The notes under the pieces were generated by a model. The model was not told where the DNA came from. It made no database searches and saw nothing but the letters and a program-made list of their open reading frames with translations. Of a stretch of DNA of 20,000 bases, positions 16,774 to 20,000 are shown one piece after another. The DNA is from Candidatus Limnocylindrales bacterium (GTDB lineage: Bacteria > Moduliflexota > Moduliflexia > Moduliflexales > JAUQPW01): contig DATMBG010000037.1 of the NCBI GenBank assembly GCA_035559535.1, positions 112,475 to 132,474 of the forward strand, given 5' to 3'. Position numbers and translations under genes: made by a program. Numbering within the stretch: the first letter of the stretch is position 1; each line of letters opens with the position of its first letter.

Positions 16774-17640
16774 TTAGGTTTTTAAAGCCTCTGCGCCATT
16801 GACAACCTCAATGATCTCTTTGGTAATGGCAGCCTGTCGGGCCCGGTTATAGGTTAAAGTTAGTTTTGCAATAACTTCTGAGGCGTTTTTGGTTGCAGCA
16901 TCCATGGCCGTCATCCGGGATGCGTGTTCGCTTGCATTAGACTCCAAAAGGTAACGGTAAATTTGAGTTATAATATGTTTGGGAACTAATTTTTCCAGAA
17001 CTTCTTTGACTCCTGGTTCATAAATATAATCGGGTTGATAAATCTCAGACGGTACTTCTTCTTGGGGCTTTACGGGCAGCAATTGCTGTAGACTCACCTG
17101 TTGCCTCATCACAGATTTAAATTCAGTATAAACAACATAGACCCCATCGACTTCTTCTTTCAAATAACGATCAACTAAGTCTGTTCCAATAAGAATGGCC
17201 TGCTCATAACTTAGCTTCCTAAAAATATCTATATACTCTTTCCGAATGTTGGAGTATCTTCGCCTTAAAAAATCTCTTCCCTTCCGTCCTACGACGTTTA
17301 GCGTTAGTGAGACCTCATCTCCCCGTTCTCGAATAAATTCCATGGCTTTTCTGAGAACATTTCCATTAAATGCTCCGGCAAGCCCTTTGTCGGCCGTAAT
17401 AATGAGGAGTTCCACTTTCTTTTCTTCTCTGGGCGTTAGAAGGGGATTTAAGCCGGGTTTTGCCCTCCTGGCCACTCTGCTAAGAACTTCTGCCATCTTC
17501 TGGGCGTAGGGGCGAGCTTCTTCTATTTGGATCTGAGCCCGTCGCAGCTTCGCTGCAGATACCATCTTCATGGCTTTCGTGATCTGTTGGGTATTTTTAA
17601 CACTACGAATTCTGCGTCGAATATGTCTAAGACTCGGCAT
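16774..17640 (-). CDS. atpG: F1Fo ATP synthase gamma subunit
   Basis: IRSVKNTQQITKAMKMVSAAKL, TADKGLAGAFN, ASEHASRMTAMDAATKNA, YNRARQAAITKEIIEVVNGA. Confidence 0.98.
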   Translation of the reverse strand: MPSLRHIRRRIRSVKNTQQITKAMKMVSAAKLRRAQIQIEEARPYAQKMAEVLSRVARRAKPGLNPLLTPREEKKVELLIITADKGLAGAFNGNVLRKAMEFIRERGDEVSLTLNVVGRKGRDFLRRRYSNIRKEYIDIFRKLSYEQAILIGTDLVDRYLKEEVDGVYVVYTEFKSVMRQQVSLQQLLPVKPQEEVPSEIYQPDYIYEPGVKEVLEKLVPKHIITQIYRYLLESNASEHASRMTAMDAATKNASEVIAKLTLTYNRARQAAITKEIIEVVNGAEALKT

Positions 17641-17646
17641 TCTTTA

Positions 17647-17725
17647 AAGAAGTATGGAAGTAAAAGGGGATAAGCGTATGGAAAGATAAGGGAGCTTTCC
17701 ACACTTCCATACTTCCGTACTTCTT
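17647..17725. repeat. Octamer-repeat palindrome (GGAAGTAT family) at the atpA/atpG junction
   Basis: AAGAAGTATGGAAGTA (17647-17662) / TACTTCCGTACTTCTT (17710-17725), 15 of 16 complementary. Confidence 0.8.
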
Positions 17726-19240
<1,515 letters not shown>

Positions 19241-19249
19241 CTAATAAAA

Positions 19250-19360
19250 TGTGGAAGTAGGAAATATAGGAGTGTGGAAGTATGGGAGTATGGGAGTAAA
19301 TTCTCCCACACTCCCACACTTCTATACCCCCATACCTCCCTACTTCCACACTCCCATACC
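19250..19360. repeat. Octamer-repeat palindrome (GG(G/A)AGT(A/G)T family) at the atpH/atpA junction
   Basis: About six G-rich 8-mers (GGAAGTAG, GGAGTGT, GGAAGTAT, GGGAGTAT...) then about seven C-rich inverse units; outer perfect 12-bp pair TGTGGAAGTAGG (19250-19261) / CCTACTTCCACA (19339-19350). Confidence 0.85.
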
Positions 19361-19363
19361 TCT

Positions 19364-19906
19364 TTATCCTTTTACCAACCTCTCCCGTACACGATCCAAT
19401 TGGGTACGGATGCTTCCATCAAATACAAGACTTCCAATCCTGGTTACAATCCCCCCCAGGAGTTCGGGATTTACCGAGGTTCTCAGGATAATCTCTTTAC
19501 CTGTAACCTGACTTAACTTTTCCCGTAACCGGATTTTGGTTTCTTCGGATAAAGGAATTGCACTTTGAACTTCAGCCGTAGCCCGATTGAGAATCTCATC
19601 CCAGAGTACCCGGTATTGCTCTATAATATCTGAAAGATTCTGCAAACGTCCTTTCCGAAGCAATAGATTTAAGAAATTAACAGTCAGAGGAGATAACCGA
19701 ATTCTTTCTGATACCTCTTCTAAAACCAGGCCCTTCTGGACAGGTGCAATGGAAGGATTAAAAAAAATATACTTTAAGGTTTCTTCACTTTCTAAAAGGT
19801 TGGAAAGTCGGGAAAGCTCTTCCCAGACTTCCTCAAGCTTACCCTGGTTTTTCGCCAGATCTACCAGGGCTTTTGCATAACGTTTAGAAACTTTAGTCGT
19901 TCTCAA
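19364..19906 (-). CDS. atpH: F1Fo ATP synthase delta subunit
   Basis: SKRYAKAL, NFLNLLLRKGRL, VNPELLGGIVTRIGSLVFDGSIRTQL; TTG start overlaps the atpF stop. Confidence 0.96.
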   Translation of the reverse strand: MRTTKVSKRYAKALVDLAKNQGKLEEVWEELSRLSNLLESEETLKYIFFNPSIAPVQKGLVLEEVSERIRLSPLTVNFLNLLLRKGRLQNLSDIIEQYRVLWDEILNRATAEVQSAIPLSEETKIRLREKLSQVTGKEIILRTSVNPELLGGIVTRIGSLVFDGSIRTQLDRVRERLVKG

Positions 19907-20000
19907 TTCAGATTCTCCATCCTTGCAATATACTCTTCGACCAATTTCTTTTGGTCAGACTCTGTCAGACTGGCACGTAGTTTTTTCTCAGCGATTTCCA
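19903..20000 (-). CDS. atpF: F1Fo ATP synthase b subunit, 3' end (truncated by window)
   Basis: Manual translation ...EIAEKKLRASLTESDQKKLVEEYIARMENLN*; TGA at 19905-19903 overlaps the atpH TTG; position and sequence fit the b-subunit C-terminus. Confidence 0.85.
   Translation of the reverse strand, partial: EIAEKKLRASLTESDQKKLVEEYIARMENLN

Noticed and set aside
19241-19357. N-terminal extension of atpA from the in-frame ATG at 19357
   Set aside because: In-frame TAG after five codons and another TAG directly before ATG 19240.
19250-19360. CRISPR array interpretation of the G-rich/C-rich repeats (also 8313-8420 and 17647-17725)
   Set aside because: Units are 7-8 nt, degenerate, contiguous and inverted, with no unique spacers and no cas genes.

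Overview
Bacterial chromosomal window of moderate GC, mostly housekeeping and metabolic. In order: rph (+); a split acyl-CoA carboxylase alpha subunit (biotin carboxylase plus biotin carrier protein, -); a ~900-bp intergenic region with a divergent sigma54-type/sigma70-type promoter pair and a structured GGA-rich ncRNA candidate; a threonine-synthase-like PLP enzyme followed by a ubiquitin-like sulfur carrier (MoaD/CysO type) whose GG motif is capped by an in-frame NIL domain; a sugar (CUT2) ABC transporter plus a lipoprotein; a small stress-type cluster (membrane peptide, tandem PRC-barrel, DUF2795, lmo0937-like); a second structured non-coding region; an HPF/RaiA-cold-shock fusion; an IlvD/Edd-family sugar-acid dehydratase; and atp(F)HAGDC (-). 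Many gene junctions, including four consecutive atp junctions, contain palindromes built from degenerate 7-8-nt tandem repeats. No transposase, integrase, tRNA, rRNA or CRISPR array was seen. All assignments come from reading motifs by eye; no database search or folding program was run.
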